DNA of 64,000 nucleotides from Candidatus Marinacidobacterales bacterium (GTDB lineage Bacteria > Acidobacteriota > Vicinamibacteria > Marinacidobacterales > SMYC01). The DNA lies in contig OZ250169.1 of the NCBI GenBank assembly GCA_965237955.1, positions 5,120,001 through 5,184,000 on the forward strand. The letters are read 5' to 3'. Below are positions 9,758-21,850 of the stretch, piece after piece (positions within the stretch are counted from its first letter, which is position 1; the number at the start of each line of letters is the position of its first letter). Both the position numbers and the translations under genes were made by a program. The notes below the pieces were generated by a model. That model did not search any database, was not told where the DNA came from, and saw nothing but the letters and a program-made list of their open reading frames with translations.

Positions 9758-11469
9758 ATGACGAGGCGTAGAACAGGGGCCCAGATCATTTGGGACGCCC
9801 TCGAACAGCTTGGGGTCGAGCACGTGTTCGGCTACCCGGGCGGGGCGATCCTTCCCACGTACGATGCGCTCCTCGACTCGTGTATCCAGCACATTCTGGT
9901 CCGCCACGAGCAAGGCGCGGCCCACATGGCTGACGGGTACGCCCGCGCCTCCGGCGACGTCGGGGTTGCGATGGCGACCTCTGGACCGGGCGCCACCAAC
10001 CTCGTCACCGGCATCGCCACAGCGATGCTCGACTCGTCGCCCCTGGTGTGCATCACCGGGCAAGTCCCGAGCAAGGTCATCGGTACGGACGCGTTCCAAG
10101 AGACCGACATCACCGGAGTGACGCTCCCGATCACTAAACACAACTTTCTCGTGACGCGAGCGGAGGCCATCGCTCCGACGATGCGGAAGGCGTTTCACAT
10201 CGCGAGTGAAGGGCGCCCCGGTCCGGTCCTCGTCGATATCACCAAAGACGCGCAGCAAGCTGAGATCGACTACGAGTGGGACGACACACCCATCGAGCTT
10301 TCGAACCGGTCGCGAGTCGGCCAATTGAATCCGGACGATGTTGCGCGAGCAGCCGAGATCTTGTCGACGGCGAAACGTCCGCTCATTCTGTGTGGACATG
10401 GCGTGATAATGTCCGGGGCAGGGCAGCGAGTGCGCGAGCTCGTCGACAAGACGCACATCCCAGTGGCGATGACGCTTCTCGGTCTCGGCGGGTTTCCGGC
10501 GTCGCACCCCATGAACCTGGGCATGATGGGCATGCACGGTGAGGCGTGGGTCAATCAAGCGATCCAAAATGCCGATGTCTTGCTCGCGCTCGGCATGCGC
10601 TTCGACGACCGCGTGATCGGCGATCCCAAGAAGTATGCGACCGGCGCTCGCAAAATCCATCTCGACATCGATCCGTCGGAAATCAACAAAGTCGTTCAAG
10701 TCGACGTGGCGCTAGTAGGCGATCTGTCGAGCTCGCTCGATGCGCTCATGCCCAAGCTCGATTGTGAAGCTCTTTCGACCTGGCACGGCTTCATCAACGA
10801 TCTCAAGGGTGACACCGCCGTTCGTGACATTCAGGAGCTCCCGGGCAGCGGACATCTCTACGCCGCGCATGTCATCAACGACCTGTGGCGGTTGACCGAA
10901 GGCAAAGCTCTCGTCGTGACCGACGTCGGTCAGCACCAGATGTGGGAGGCGCAGTACTACAAGCACGACTATCCGAGAAAGCTCATCACGTCGGGAGGAC
11001 TCGGAACGATGGGTTTTGCGCTCCCCGCAGCGATGGGGGCCAAAGTGGCTCGACCCGAAGAAGAGGTATGGGTCATCGTAGGCGACGGGGGATTCCAGAT
11101 GACCGCCGCCGAGCTCTCGACGTGCAAGCAGGAAAACTTGAAGGTCAACGTGGCCATCGTCAACAACGGCTTTCTCGGCATGGTGCGGCAGTGGCAAGAG
11201 TTCTTCTACGATAAACGTTACGCCGAAACGCCGATGGTCAACCCGGACTTCGTCAAGCTCGCCGAAGCGCATGGCTTGCGAGGCGTTCGTGTGGATAAGC
11301 GCTCCGAGATCGAAGACGCGGTGCGCACCGCGCGTGCCGACGAGGGTACGGTCGTCATCGACTTCCGCGTCGAGAAAGAAGACACGGTGTATCCGATGGT
11401 ACCTCCCGGGAGCACCATCGAGGCGATGATCCGCCGTCCTGCCCCTGAGCTGGCCAAGAGCGAAGAGTC

Positions 11470-11473
<4 letters not shown>
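9758..11473 (+). CDS. ilvB: Acetolactate synthase large subunit
   Basis: FGYPGGA, RHEQGA, TSGPGATN, TDVGQHQMW, SGGLGTMG, GDGGFQM. Confidence 0.96.
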
Positions 11474-13055
<1,582 letters not shown>

Positions 13056-13064
13056 TCCTTTTTC

Positions 13065-13097
13065 AACGCAAAGGCGCAAAGACGCGGAGGCGCGAAG
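13065..13097 (+). repeat. Octamer repeat element (acgcaaag-gcgcaaag-acgcggag-gcgcgaag)
   Basis: Four degenerate 8-mers between convergent genes; same unit at 59467-59550. Confidence 0.7.
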
Positions 13098-13109
13098 GAT
13101 TTTTTTCTC

Positions 13110-14030
13110 TTATCGATTCAGCAGACGGCGCATCAAATCCGGTACGAACTCTTCGGACGCCGTGTGGCAATACTTCACACGCTTCGGTGAAATCAGTTCG
13201 CTGGACACGATCAAGTAAGGTTTTTCTTCTCCCGCTTTGATGTCGTCGGGGAGTGTCTGTAATTCTATCGGGAGATCCTCGCACCTTATCCATTCTGGCG
13301 AAGTGAGATAGGCCACCGCTAGTGTGTCGAACGGAAAGATCAAGCGGATTTCAAAGTGCTCGTCGTACCAATCGACGTAGTCACGGAGCGGCTCTAGAAA
13401 AAAGTCGGCGAGCTCCGGCTCGGTGGCGAACCGCTCGATGTCTTTCTCCGGAAGCGGTGTCCTCGAAGAAATCTCGAAGGGGGCGAGGACGATAGGTGCT
13501 CCTGAATCGAGGAGGACGTGCATCCCTTCCGAGTCGTACTCGAAGTTCATGTCCATCAGAGGCTGCCCGCCTTTGCCGAGCGCGAACGTTTGACCCGGAC
13601 GGCGTCCGGCGACCGCGATGATCTCGTCGACTTGGGCGGCAAGTTCGGGGTGGTTCTTTAGTACGGTCGCGACATTGGTCACCGGACCCAGGGCAAGAAT
13701 CGTAAGCCTCTCCTCGCGGAGCACGGCCGCAAGCGCCCGGGTCGCGTCGTTCTCCTGTCCGAGTTCGGCACTGCTCGCGGCACCCCGGTAGACGCGTAGG
13801 CCTTCGGGGCCGAAGCGCGCGACGATCTCGCTAGCGTTCGGGTAGCCGACTTCGACAGCGGAGTTTCCGAAGACGACGCTCACGCCGCGAAGCTCGAGCT
13901 CGCTCGAATGGAACGCTTGAAGGAGAGCGAGGCCGTCGTCGGGCTCGTTGCCGCCGCGGAGGACTGCCGGATCGACATCCATCCATACGAGTTTCGCCGC
14001 GAGCGCGACGAGAAATAGCGTGTTAGTCAT
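13110..14030 (-). CDS. Inosine/uridine-preferring nucleoside hydrolase family
   Basis: DVDP...DDGLAL, VVFGN, LALGPVTNVA, DMNFEYD, FPFDTLAV. Confidence 0.88.
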   Translation of the reverse strand: MTNTLFLVALAAKLVWMDVDPAVLRGGNEPDDGLALLQAFHSSELELRGVSVVFGNSAVEVGYPNASEIVARFGPEGLRVYRGAASSAELGQENDATRALAAVLREERLTILALGPVTNVATVLKNHPELAAQVDEIIAVAGRRPGQTFALGKGGQPLMDMNFEYDSEGMHVLLDSGAPIVLAPFEISSRTPLPEKDIERFATEPELADFFLEPLRDYVDWYDEHFEIRLIFPFDTLAVAYLTSPEWIRCEDLPIELQTLPDDIKAGEEKPYLIVSSELISPKRVKYCHTASEEFVPDLMRRLLNR

Positions 14031-14241
14031 CGCTTCCCTCCGCGAGGCGCACCAGCGTCCCGATTTTGCCGGCGTCCGTCACTGAACGTGTGTACTCGGG
14101 CGGACGTAGCAACCCTCCCAAGTATACCCGTGGGTTTCTGAACTGCATGTCGCGGTCGACGTCGGTGAAGCCGGTGACGTGAAGCTCCTTCGCGACGGTT
14201 TCCTTTGCGATCTTCTCGACGTTCGTCTCGTGAATGGGCAC
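14023..14241 (-). CDS. Small hypothetical protein or gene remnant
   Basis: 72-aa ORF packed co-directionally between pfkB and the hydrolase; no motif recognised. Confidence 0.35.
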   Translation of the reverse strand: MPIHETNVEKIAKETVAKELHVTGFTDVDRDMQFRNPRVYLGGLLRPPEYTRSVTDAGKIGTLVRLAEGSDD

Positions 14242-14251
14242 GGGACGTGGC

Positions 14252-15054
14252 CTAGAATGACCCGATGTGCTGGATCGTCGTGGCGGCGGCTGCTGCGCCT
14301 CGGCTTAGGCTCGTCGCGATGTCTTTGGAGACGCAGTACTCGCAGAGAAACGCGGCGGCGAACGTGTCTCCGGCGCCAGTAGTGTCGACGATTTTGTCGA
14401 CCGGTGCGGCGGGGCAGGTGAGCCTTCCTTCCTTCGAAAGTGCTTGGCTTCCGTCCGGGCCGAGGGTCACGACGAAGAGCTTTCCAGCCTGCTCGGCCAG
14501 CGATTGAAGTTTGTCGATGAGCGCCGCATGCGTGATCGACAAGCCGAAAAACGCAATGTCGAAGTGGTCGAGGTATTTTTCGACGTTGGTGGTGACCGGA
14601 TCTTCGGCGATGTCGGCGAAGTCGACGGCACGAAGCCCGCGAGAGGGCGCTTTCATCACCGACTCGAAGAACCCATCGATTTGTCGATAGTGGGGCGCCA
14701 TCAGCAAGTCCGCTTCCGAGATGAGCGTGCGCTCCCTTTCGCCCACGCGATAGTCACCAAGGACGCCTTGCTCGTATTTCACGAAGATTCTTTCACCCGA
14801 GGCTTCGAGGTCGATGTGCTGGATCGAAGTCCGGCCGGGCATGCCGACGAGAAACGCTTCGATGGGTAACTCGTCGAGCGCTCTCGTGACGACGTTAGCC
14901 TCGTCATCGGTGCCGAGCGCACTGACAACGATGATGCGGTCGACGGGAGGAAACAGCCGCCGCGCATGGACGGCGAAGTTGAGGTGATGCCCCCGGGACG
15001 ATCTTGATCGGCGTAGCTGTCGACGCCGCAATCACCGACACAAACGACGTTCAT
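14252..15054 (-). CDS. PfkB-family carbohydrate kinase (fructoselysine-kinase-like), frameshifted near 14987
   Basis: MNVVCVGDCGVD..PGG in one frame, NFAVH...VTLGPDGS...DTTGAGDTF in the next. Confidence 0.85.
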
Positions 15055-15297
15055 CCAGGATCTTCCTCACTTTGGCGCTGTCGACGTGGTCGCCGGTCTT
15101 CAAGCTCGTGCCCACGATCGCCCCGTCCGATGCGTCGAGAAGAGCACACCGCCGACGGGACCGGACTCGGGGGCGCGCAGGTCGGTCAGTGCTTTCTCGA
15201 CGACGGCGTCGATTCCCGGGCTGTTTTCGTAGCCGGGAAGCGGCGGCAGGTGGATCACGCCGATTATCGGCTTGTCCTACTTTGCAGGCCCAAACAT
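15032..15297 (-). pseudogene. BtpA/SgcQ family remnant with internal deletion
   Basis: N-terminal KPIIGVIHLPPLPGY joined almost directly to C-terminal DGAIVGTSLK; in-frame TAG at codon 7. Confidence 0.75.
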
Positions 15298-15325
15298 CGT
15301 AGAATGCTACTCCAGAAGGCAAGAG

Positions 15326-15730
15326 ATGGACATGAAGTCACAAACCGTATGGCTCTTACTCATTGCTTTTCTAGGCATCGCGACGATCTCCGCTGCCGCG
15401 GAGGACCGATTTCGCGGAGACGATCGCGTCAGCATCGACGGTGACGCCATCGGCATGTTCGCCCGTCATGAACGCCACGAAGTCGAAGCCAAGCCGTTCG
15501 CACGCCGCATTCTCGACGTGCCCGTCCTGATGTATCGCACCGAGGACGGAACCGCGGTGGCGATGGACGACCGCTGTCCTCATCGTCGCGCCCCGCTATC
15601 GATGGGGCGGCTCGAGGGCGACGAAATCGAGTGCGCGTACCACGGGATGCGCTTCAACCTACGTGTCGATCAGGGGCCGATCGCGGCGCGGCGGCTGATC
15701 GAAAAGCCTCTCGCCGAGCAACAAGCTCAG
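15326..15730 (+). pseudogene. Chimeric remnant: signal peptide + Rieske oxygenase (VanA-like) N-domain + C-terminal tail
   Basis: CPHR..CAYHG Rieske motif followed at once by the terminal DQGPIAARRLIEK; catalytic domain missing. Confidence 0.65.
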
Positions 15731-15734
15731 TCTC

Positions 15735-16070
15735 GCGTTCCGACGTGTACGAGCCGTTCGTGCAAATGGTCGAACGCGTCACCCGGGGAGAGTCGCCGCT
15801 TTCCCGTGGCGAGCGTGAGCTCATCGGCGCCCACGTTTCTTCGCTGAACAGCTGTCCGATGTGCGTCGACATCTCGGCCACGGCGGCGAAGGCCTACGGG
15901 GTCGACTTGGGCGACGTCAACGCCATGGATAATGCCAAACTCGAGCCCATCCTTGCGCTCGTGGGCAAGCTGACGACAACACAGCCGAAGATTGTCGCTT
16001 CCGACGTTCAAGCGGTTTACGACGCGGGGTGGAACGAAGCGGCGTTGCACGATGCCATACCAGTCGCGAT
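15735..16070 (+). pseudogene. AhpD/carboxymuconolactone decarboxylase (peroxidase-related) fragment
   Basis: RGESPLSRGERELIGAHVSSLNSCPMC...VYDAGWNEAALHDAI; both termini missing. Confidence 0.65.
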
Positions 16071-16100
16071 TCCAGGAGCGGTTATCACAAGAGGAAGAAG

Positions 16101-16913
16101 ATGCTGAGGAATGAAGGTGAGCGTTTGACGCGCGTCGTGGTGTCGACTCCGCGCAAGGAATACTTTGCTGTCTCGGATACGGAAGCCCACAACATGAACG
16201 AGGCCGCCGATCCCGAAACCACGATTCGCCAGCACAACGCACTTCAAAAGGCGATGACGGATGCCGGCGCCGAAGTGATTGACGCTCCCGAGCTCGAAGG
16301 CCATCCCAACTCGGTGTTCACTCGCGACGCGTCGCTCGCGACGCCTCAGGGCTACATCAAGTTACGGATGGGTCTCGATACGCGCCGCGGTGAGGAGGAG
16401 TGGCTTGCGCGTGTGCTAGCGGACCACGACGAGCCGCGCGCCGGCGAGATCGAAGCGCCGGGCACCGTCGAAGGAGGCGACGTCACCCTCCACGGAAACG
16501 TCGCGCTCATAGGCCATTCGGCTCGCACCAACGAAATCGGCGTGCACCAGATCTCGGCGCTGTTGCAGGGCATGGGTTACGAAGTCCGCGTGACGAGCGT
16601 TCGAGGATACTTGCATCTCGGAGGCGCGGTGAGCGCGATCGCACCCGATCGGCTACTCGTCGTACGTGATGACTACCCCGGAGGCTTCTTCAAAGGGTTC
16701 GACGTCGTCGAAGTCGACAAGCGTGGACCGTTGACGGGGAACGTCATTTGCGTCGCGCCCAACGAGATCATCGGTAACGAAGCCGAGAATGTGGAAGCGA
16801 TGGATATCCTCGATGCGAACGGTGTCGAAGTTCACGGAGTCGACCTGTCCGAATTTCGGAAAGGTGCCGGCGGCCCCACGTGTCTCATCCTTCCGGTGGA
16901 ACGAAGCTCATGA
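16101..16913 (+). CDS. Amidinotransferase / dimethylarginine dimethylaminohydrolase family
   Basis: NSVFTRD, VEGGDV, LHL, GAGGPTCL (catalytic Cys). Confidence 0.88.
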   Translation: MLRNEGERLTRVVVSTPRKEYFAVSDTEAHNMNEAADPETTIRQHNALQKAMTDAGAEVIDAPELEGHPNSVFTRDASLATPQGYIKLRMGLDTRRGEEEWLARVLADHDEPRAGEIEAPGTVEGGDVTLHGNVALIGHSARTNEIGVHQISALLQGMGYEVRVTSVRGYLHLGGAVSAIAPDRLLVVRDDYPGGFFKGFDVVEVDKRGPLTGNVICVAPNEIIGNEAENVEAMDILDANGVEVHGVDLSEFRKGAGGPTCLILPVERSS

Positions 16914-17066
16914 AACGACTTCTTTTGCTGTTCATTCTCAGTGCGTGCGCTTGCCAGACGCGTTCCGCACGATTCTCGAAGGAGGAGGGAATTTCGCAGA
17001 GCAGGATGGGCTGAAGCGCTACCAGTTCGACGGGTTCGACATCATTATTAAAGAGGATATGCTCGA

Positions 17067-18299
17067 GTGAGTCATGTGGCGATGGTATTCGCGATTCTCA
17101 TCGGAGCCGGCCAAGGCGTGAAAGACGTGGCGGACGGCTACCGTGTAGCCGGGCTCGAAGACCGCCGTTTCAACCATGAAACGCTGTGGAAGGTGCTCGA
17201 GCAGCTGGTCGAGTCGCCGGCGATCGGCGTCGAGGCGATCGGGCGGTCGATCCAGGGGCGCGAGATCCGGGCGCTTCATTTTGGTCAAGGGAGCACGCGC
17301 GTGCTCCTGTGGTCGCAGATGCACGGCGACGAGTCGACGGCGACGATGGCCCTCGTGGATATCACGCGGTTTCTCGTCGAAGCGGAGGGCAATCCGTTGC
17401 GCGAGCGGCTCGGGCGAGAGCTCACCATCACCATGGTGCCGATGCTCAATCCCGACGGCGCCGAGCGGTTCACTCGCTGGAATGCGATCGGCGTCGACGT
17501 CAACCGCGATGCGCGGCAGCTAGCAACGCCCGAAGGACGTGCGCTGAAAACGCTCCGCGAACGCATCGAGCCTCAGTTCGGATTCAATCTCCACGACCAG
17601 GAGGCGCGAAAGCTGGCGGGTGAAAGTGGCGAGCAAGTCGCTATTGCGCTTCTGGCACCCGCGGCTGACGAGACACGATCCTATGGCGCGGTGCGAAGCC
17701 GCGCCCGGCTCGTGGCCGCGACCATCGTATCAGCGCTCGAAGGCGAGATCGGCGGACATATCGCGAAGTACGACGATGCGTTCGCCCCGCGCGCGTTCGG
17801 CGATCTCATGCAGTCATGGGGAACGAGCACGGTGCTGATCGAATCGGGAGCGATTCGCGGCGATGCTCAGAAGCAAGAGCTTCGCCGGTTGAACGTGATC
17901 GGGATCCTGGAAGCACTCGACGCGATCGCCACTGGGAGCTATCGCGACGCGAACGCCACGCTCTACGAGGGGTTGCCTGAGAACGAGCGCATCGAGCACG
18001 ACATCATCCTCCGCGGCGGCAAGGTCGTTCTCGGCGACAACCCGCCGTTCCACGTGGACGTCGGTCTTTGGTTCGAAGACCCCGTGGCGCGCGCGAGAGC
18101 GCATCTCGGCGATGTGGGCGATTTGGCCGACACCGGGGCACTCGAAGCGATCGATGTGTCGGGGCTGACTGTTCATATCGCTCACGTCGAGACCCTCGGC
18201 GAGGACCGTGACCGACTCGAACACGACGAACCGGTATTCATTGAAGTACGTCGCGACGACGGCACCGTCGTCCATCGGTTCGGCGCGAAGCCCGACTAA
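17067..18299 (+). CDS. M14 zinc carboxypeptidase family
   Basis: SQMHGDES, PMLNPDG, DVNRD, FNLHDQ, LIESG. Confidence 0.88.
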   Translation: MSHVAMVFAILIGAGQGVKDVADGYRVAGLEDRRFNHETLWKVLEQLVESPAIGVEAIGRSIQGREIRALHFGQGSTRVLLWSQMHGDESTATMALVDITRFLVEAEGNPLRERLGRELTITMVPMLNPDGAERFTRWNAIGVDVNRDARQLATPEGRALKTLRERIEPQFGFNLHDQEARKLAGESGEQVAIALLAPAADETRSYGAVRSRARLVAATIVSALEGEIGGHIAKYDDAFAPRAFGDLMQSWGTSTVLIESGAIRGDAQKQELRRLNVIGILEALDAIATGSYRDANATLYEGLPENERIEHDIILRGGKVVLGDNPPFHVDVGLWFEDPVARARAHLGDVGDLADTGALEAIDVSGLTVHIAHVETLGEDRDRLEHDEPVFIEVRRDDGTVVHRFGAKPD

Positions 18300-19249
18300 A
18301 GTGCGGAAGAGGCTGTTCACGCTTCATGTGTCGGCAACCGGTCGATGGCCGCCGAACCACGCTATCGGGCCTCTTCGGCCTCCCATACCGCGTCCGCACT
18401 GTCCGGCAGAGGGCTCTCTCCCAGGAAACCGTCGTTCCCCGGCCGCCGAGAGGTCGGCGACCAACTGTCCGCCACCCTCGTCGAAGTTCCAATAGCCGAC
18501 CAGACCGGGGGAGTTCGCATCTGCTCCGGAGCTCATAACGGCTCCGATCTGGGCGTCCGGCAGAACGAGGGCCCAGATAGCGGGTTCGTCTATGAGCCCT
18601 GGAAAAAACCAGGTGGGGGGTTCGCGGCCGCCGGGCGGCGGTCCGATCGTGCCGAAGGTGCACCCGATCGACAACACCTGAAAGTTATTCGACGAGGGCA
18701 CGCCTGTTCCATCGCAGCTTGCCCTCCGGTCTCCGTCGACGTAGATACTCAGGGTTCCCGACGCCTCACGCGTGACAGCGACGTGGTGCCAGACATCGTC
18801 TGCCACGAAGAGGTCGCCCCCGCTGCACGAGCCGAGCGGCGTGCAGCTATTCGACGGATAGCAGTAGTTGTTCTCTCTGGAGTCCTCCAGCATGACTTCG
18901 AGGGTCCCATCCGGCAGTACGTAGAGCTGCCAGCTCAGATTGAAGGAGTTGTCATCCTCGCCTCGCGCGATGATAGCCGCCCGCCTACTCGGCGGCGGGA
19001 GCTTGATCCAGGCGCCGAGGGTGAAGACCTCGGTGGGAAACGTGGGGCTGTACGGAACCGTGACCCGGTCGTCGTCGCCGTCGAACCTGAGCACGCTCGG
19101 CCGCCCGGGTCCTTCCGAAACGGTCTCGACAACTGCCGGCGTGGTCTCCACGACCTCCGGTCCGGTTGGCACGGCTTCTTCACCGTCGCCTCCGCACCCT
19201 CCGTACCCTACGTAAAAGACGAGCGCGATTATCAGAAGCTGACCGGAAA

Positions 19250-20634
19250 CTACTTTGCAGCAGCCTCGGGAGTGAGTGTAAAGCCGAGCTTTTCGGCTGC
19301 CTTTCGCAAGCCGTTGATGTGGTTTCGGCGAAAGCGCTCCTCGAAGGCAGATGCACCGATGTCTGTGTATTCGTGACCATATTTGAGCATGCGGAAGACG
19401 AGCTGAGCGAGCTTTCTTGCGGTGGCAAAGATCGCGGTTTTAGCGTCTTTACGTCGGGCGATGCGGCGATAGTAAGCACCAAGTGCGGTCTTCGAACGGT
19501 TGAGTGACAATGCAGCCATGCGTAAGGCACCGGCGATACGGTTGGAGCCGGTGCCATTGGGGCGTTTGTAGAGTAGCTTTCCACCCGAGATGGGGCGGCG
19601 CGGCGCAAGACGGAGCCACGAGACAAAGTGATTTTCACTGGGGAAGGCAGAGAGGTCGAACCCGACCTCGGTGAGTAGGATCGCGGCGGTATCGGGGCTG
19701 ATGCCGTCGATGCGGGTGAGATCGCATCCAGCAAAACGCCACAGTTCGGTTCGCTGTTCCTGCTCGCCGCGGCGCCGCATGGCGCTTTGCTTGTTCGGGT
19801 TCGGATGAGCGGGCACACTGTCGTGTCTGCGCTCGGTCGGCTGAAGCTCGATGACCACTTCACGGATAGACGCTGGTCGTAGAGTTCGATTTCGGCTTGT
19901 AGCACATCGTAAAGGCGCAGCGCCGATGCGAGATTGAAAAGATGCTCGTCACGCCAAGTGCCGGTGAGATGCTCTGCGATTTCGTCTACGCTTTTCTTGC
20001 ATCGATGATCTCGAAACTCGGCGAGCTTCATCGGGTCACGTTCGCCAGAAACGATGGCACGAACGATGAGCATTCCGGTCTTACCGGTAATGTCGGTCAC
20101 CGCACGGTGGACTTGCACGTTCATCTGGTCCAGAGCCTTCTGCATCCATTGGACGGCTTGGCCCCGATGCTCGATTAGTTCTTGACGCTGCCGGTGCATC
20201 GAGCGTAATCGGCAAATCGACTCCCCCGGGCGAAACGAGCCACGCAGAAGTCCGCAGCTGTGTAACGTCTGCAGCCATTGACAATCTTGCATATCGGTTT
20301 TGCGACCCGGAACGTTCTTCAGCTGCCGAGCGTTGACAAGAACGACCTCGATACCACGGGATTCGAGCAACTCATAAACCGGAATCCAATAGACGTGGGT
20401 GCTTTCCATCGCCACCGACTCCACACCTTGCTCGATAAGCCAATCCGCAAGCTCAACCAGCGCCGGCGTTGTCGTGGAAAACACCCGCACGTTCGGCCGA
20501 CCATCAGCTAGCTGCGGACCGCAGACCCAATGCTCTCGACTCCCGAGATCGATGCCCGCTACCATCGGTCGTATCGACGGCAGGGAATTCCGTGAGAGAC
20601 GCTTCGCCGCTTTGCTCTTCCTTCGTTTGTTCAT
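19250..20634 (-). CDS. IS110 transposase/recombinase, frameshifted near 19860
   Basis: DEDD RuvC-like motifs GIDLG, AMESTHVYW, RKTDMQD; C-terminal domain IDGIS..., PISGGK, ATARKLA. Confidence 0.93.
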
Positions 20635-20662
20635 TCGCTCACCTCAAGTGTATTTTGTGAGC

Positions 20663-20880
20663 GAAGGCTCCGGCCCGAGATGGCGATCGAATGGATTCTG
20701 ACCGTGGGGAGTGCTTTCGTTGGAAGCCTCGCCAATGATAGGGAGCCGGCTCGGACCCAAGCTGACCCTGGGGCATCATGCACCAATGACAGTACGGGGC
20801 TCGCTGCCGGAGCCTTCACCGACAACCTTTCTACCAGCTTTGGTAGTTTCCTACTTGATAGGCCCGGCCTCCGGCCGGGG
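20663..20880 (-). ncRNA. Candidate IS110 bridge RNA in the left non-coding end
   Basis: Perfect 12-bp stem 20663-20674/20806-20817, hairpins 20831-20846 and 20863-20879, internal copies of junction sequence; boundaries and expression inferred. Confidence 0.6.
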
Positions 20881-21108
20881 GCGTAGCTGACCAGAGACTA
20901 GGGGAATACGCCTTTGCATGGGATGCGCGCCTCTTCTTTCAGTCGTCGTTTGGCCGAAACCAGCGCGGAAGCTTCAGCCCGAGTTCATTAGACATCGTAA
21001 ACAGCTCGGACTCCCGAAGTCGTCAAGTGTACGCAAAAGTTTTGTCAAGAATGTAAAAGGATGAGTGACGCTGGAGCGGCGCACCAAGAGGGCGTCGTCT
21101 CCACGTCG

Positions 21109-21777
21109 TCAAGCGACGACGGCGCCCGACCTCTCCCCCTGTTGGGGGAGAGGTTTCTTGCGGTGGAGCACGGCGGCAAGGCCTAGAAACACCAGCGCTA
21201 AGCTCGGTGGCTCGGGAATTGTCACGACCTCCACGCGGCCCGGGGTCGGGGTTGCGGCGCGAAAATCGGTGGCGTTGTCGTTGGTGTCGGTGCTTAGCGG
21301 GTCTCGCGACAAGCTGAAGCCGGGCTCGATGTCGGGTGCGGGGCGGCCTTCGCCCGCGTTGCCTTCGCCGGCGTCGCCGTACTGGAGGGCGTCTATGATT
21401 TCAGGGACTTCACCGAGGGTGTTCCTCAGCTGGATGGCGTCGGGGCCGTTTTGCCAGTCGACGTTTCCGATGAGGTTGCGCTCGGCTGCTAGCTCGATGC
21501 TCGCGGATGCCGTGGCGATGACGAAGATACCGTCGAGTGGTATCGACGAGCCGGTGAGGTCGATCGTGCGGTACGGCGTCCCCGTCGATCCGTTCACACC
21601 GACGAGGGACCATCCATCGAGACTGATGCCCGGTGGTCCCACGAGCTCGGTAAACGCGAAGGGAGCATCGGGACCCGGAGCATCGTAGAGAACCTCCTGG
21701 ATGACGATGGGCGTAGGCCACGCCGCGTGGGGAATCGTAACGAGTACTACCAAAGCGACGGTACGTAAGAGAATCAT
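21109..21777 (-). CDS. Lamin-tail-domain PEP-CTERM protein
   Basis: Signal; IVIQEVLYD..FTEL; QNGPDAIQL; TPG; C-terminal IPEP-hydrophobic-HRKK. Confidence 0.85.
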   Translation of the reverse strand: MILLRTVALVVLVTIPHAAWPTPIVIQEVLYDAPGPDAPFAFTELVGPPGISLDGWSLVGVNGSTGTPYRTIDLTGSSIPLDGIFVIATASASIELAAERNLIGNVDWQNGPDAIQLRNTLGEVPEIIDALQYGDAGEGNAGEGRPAPDIEPGFSLSRDPLSTDTNDNATDFRAATPTPGRVEVVTIPEPPSLALVFLGLAAVLHRKKPLPQQGERSGAVVA

Positions 21778-21850
21778 GGTTCGTCTCCTTTCTTGCTAAT
21801 GAAGAAAAGAGACGAGAAAAAGGGCGCTCGACCTCCCTCGTGGCGTTTAT

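Larger units (their letters stand above)
19237..20892 (-). mobile_element. IS110-family insertion sequence (~1.65 kb)
   Basis: AGCTGACC at both junctions (19237-19244, 20885-20892); excision restores the LamG frame; long left end, very short right end. Confidence 0.9.
18362..20919 (-). pseudogene. LamG/laminin-G domain lipoprotein interrupted by IS110 in its signal peptide
   Basis: Joining the flanks gives MQRRIPLVSGQLLIIALVFYVGYGGCGGD..; LRFDGDDD, WHHVAVT, GLIDEPAIW, LVGYWNFDEG; extra G near 18438 shifts the C-terminus. Confidence 0.8.

Noticed and set aside
19850-19870. Programmed frameshift in the IS110 transposase
   Set aside because: No slippery heptamer is visible and IS110 transposases are single ORFs; mutation or error is more likely.
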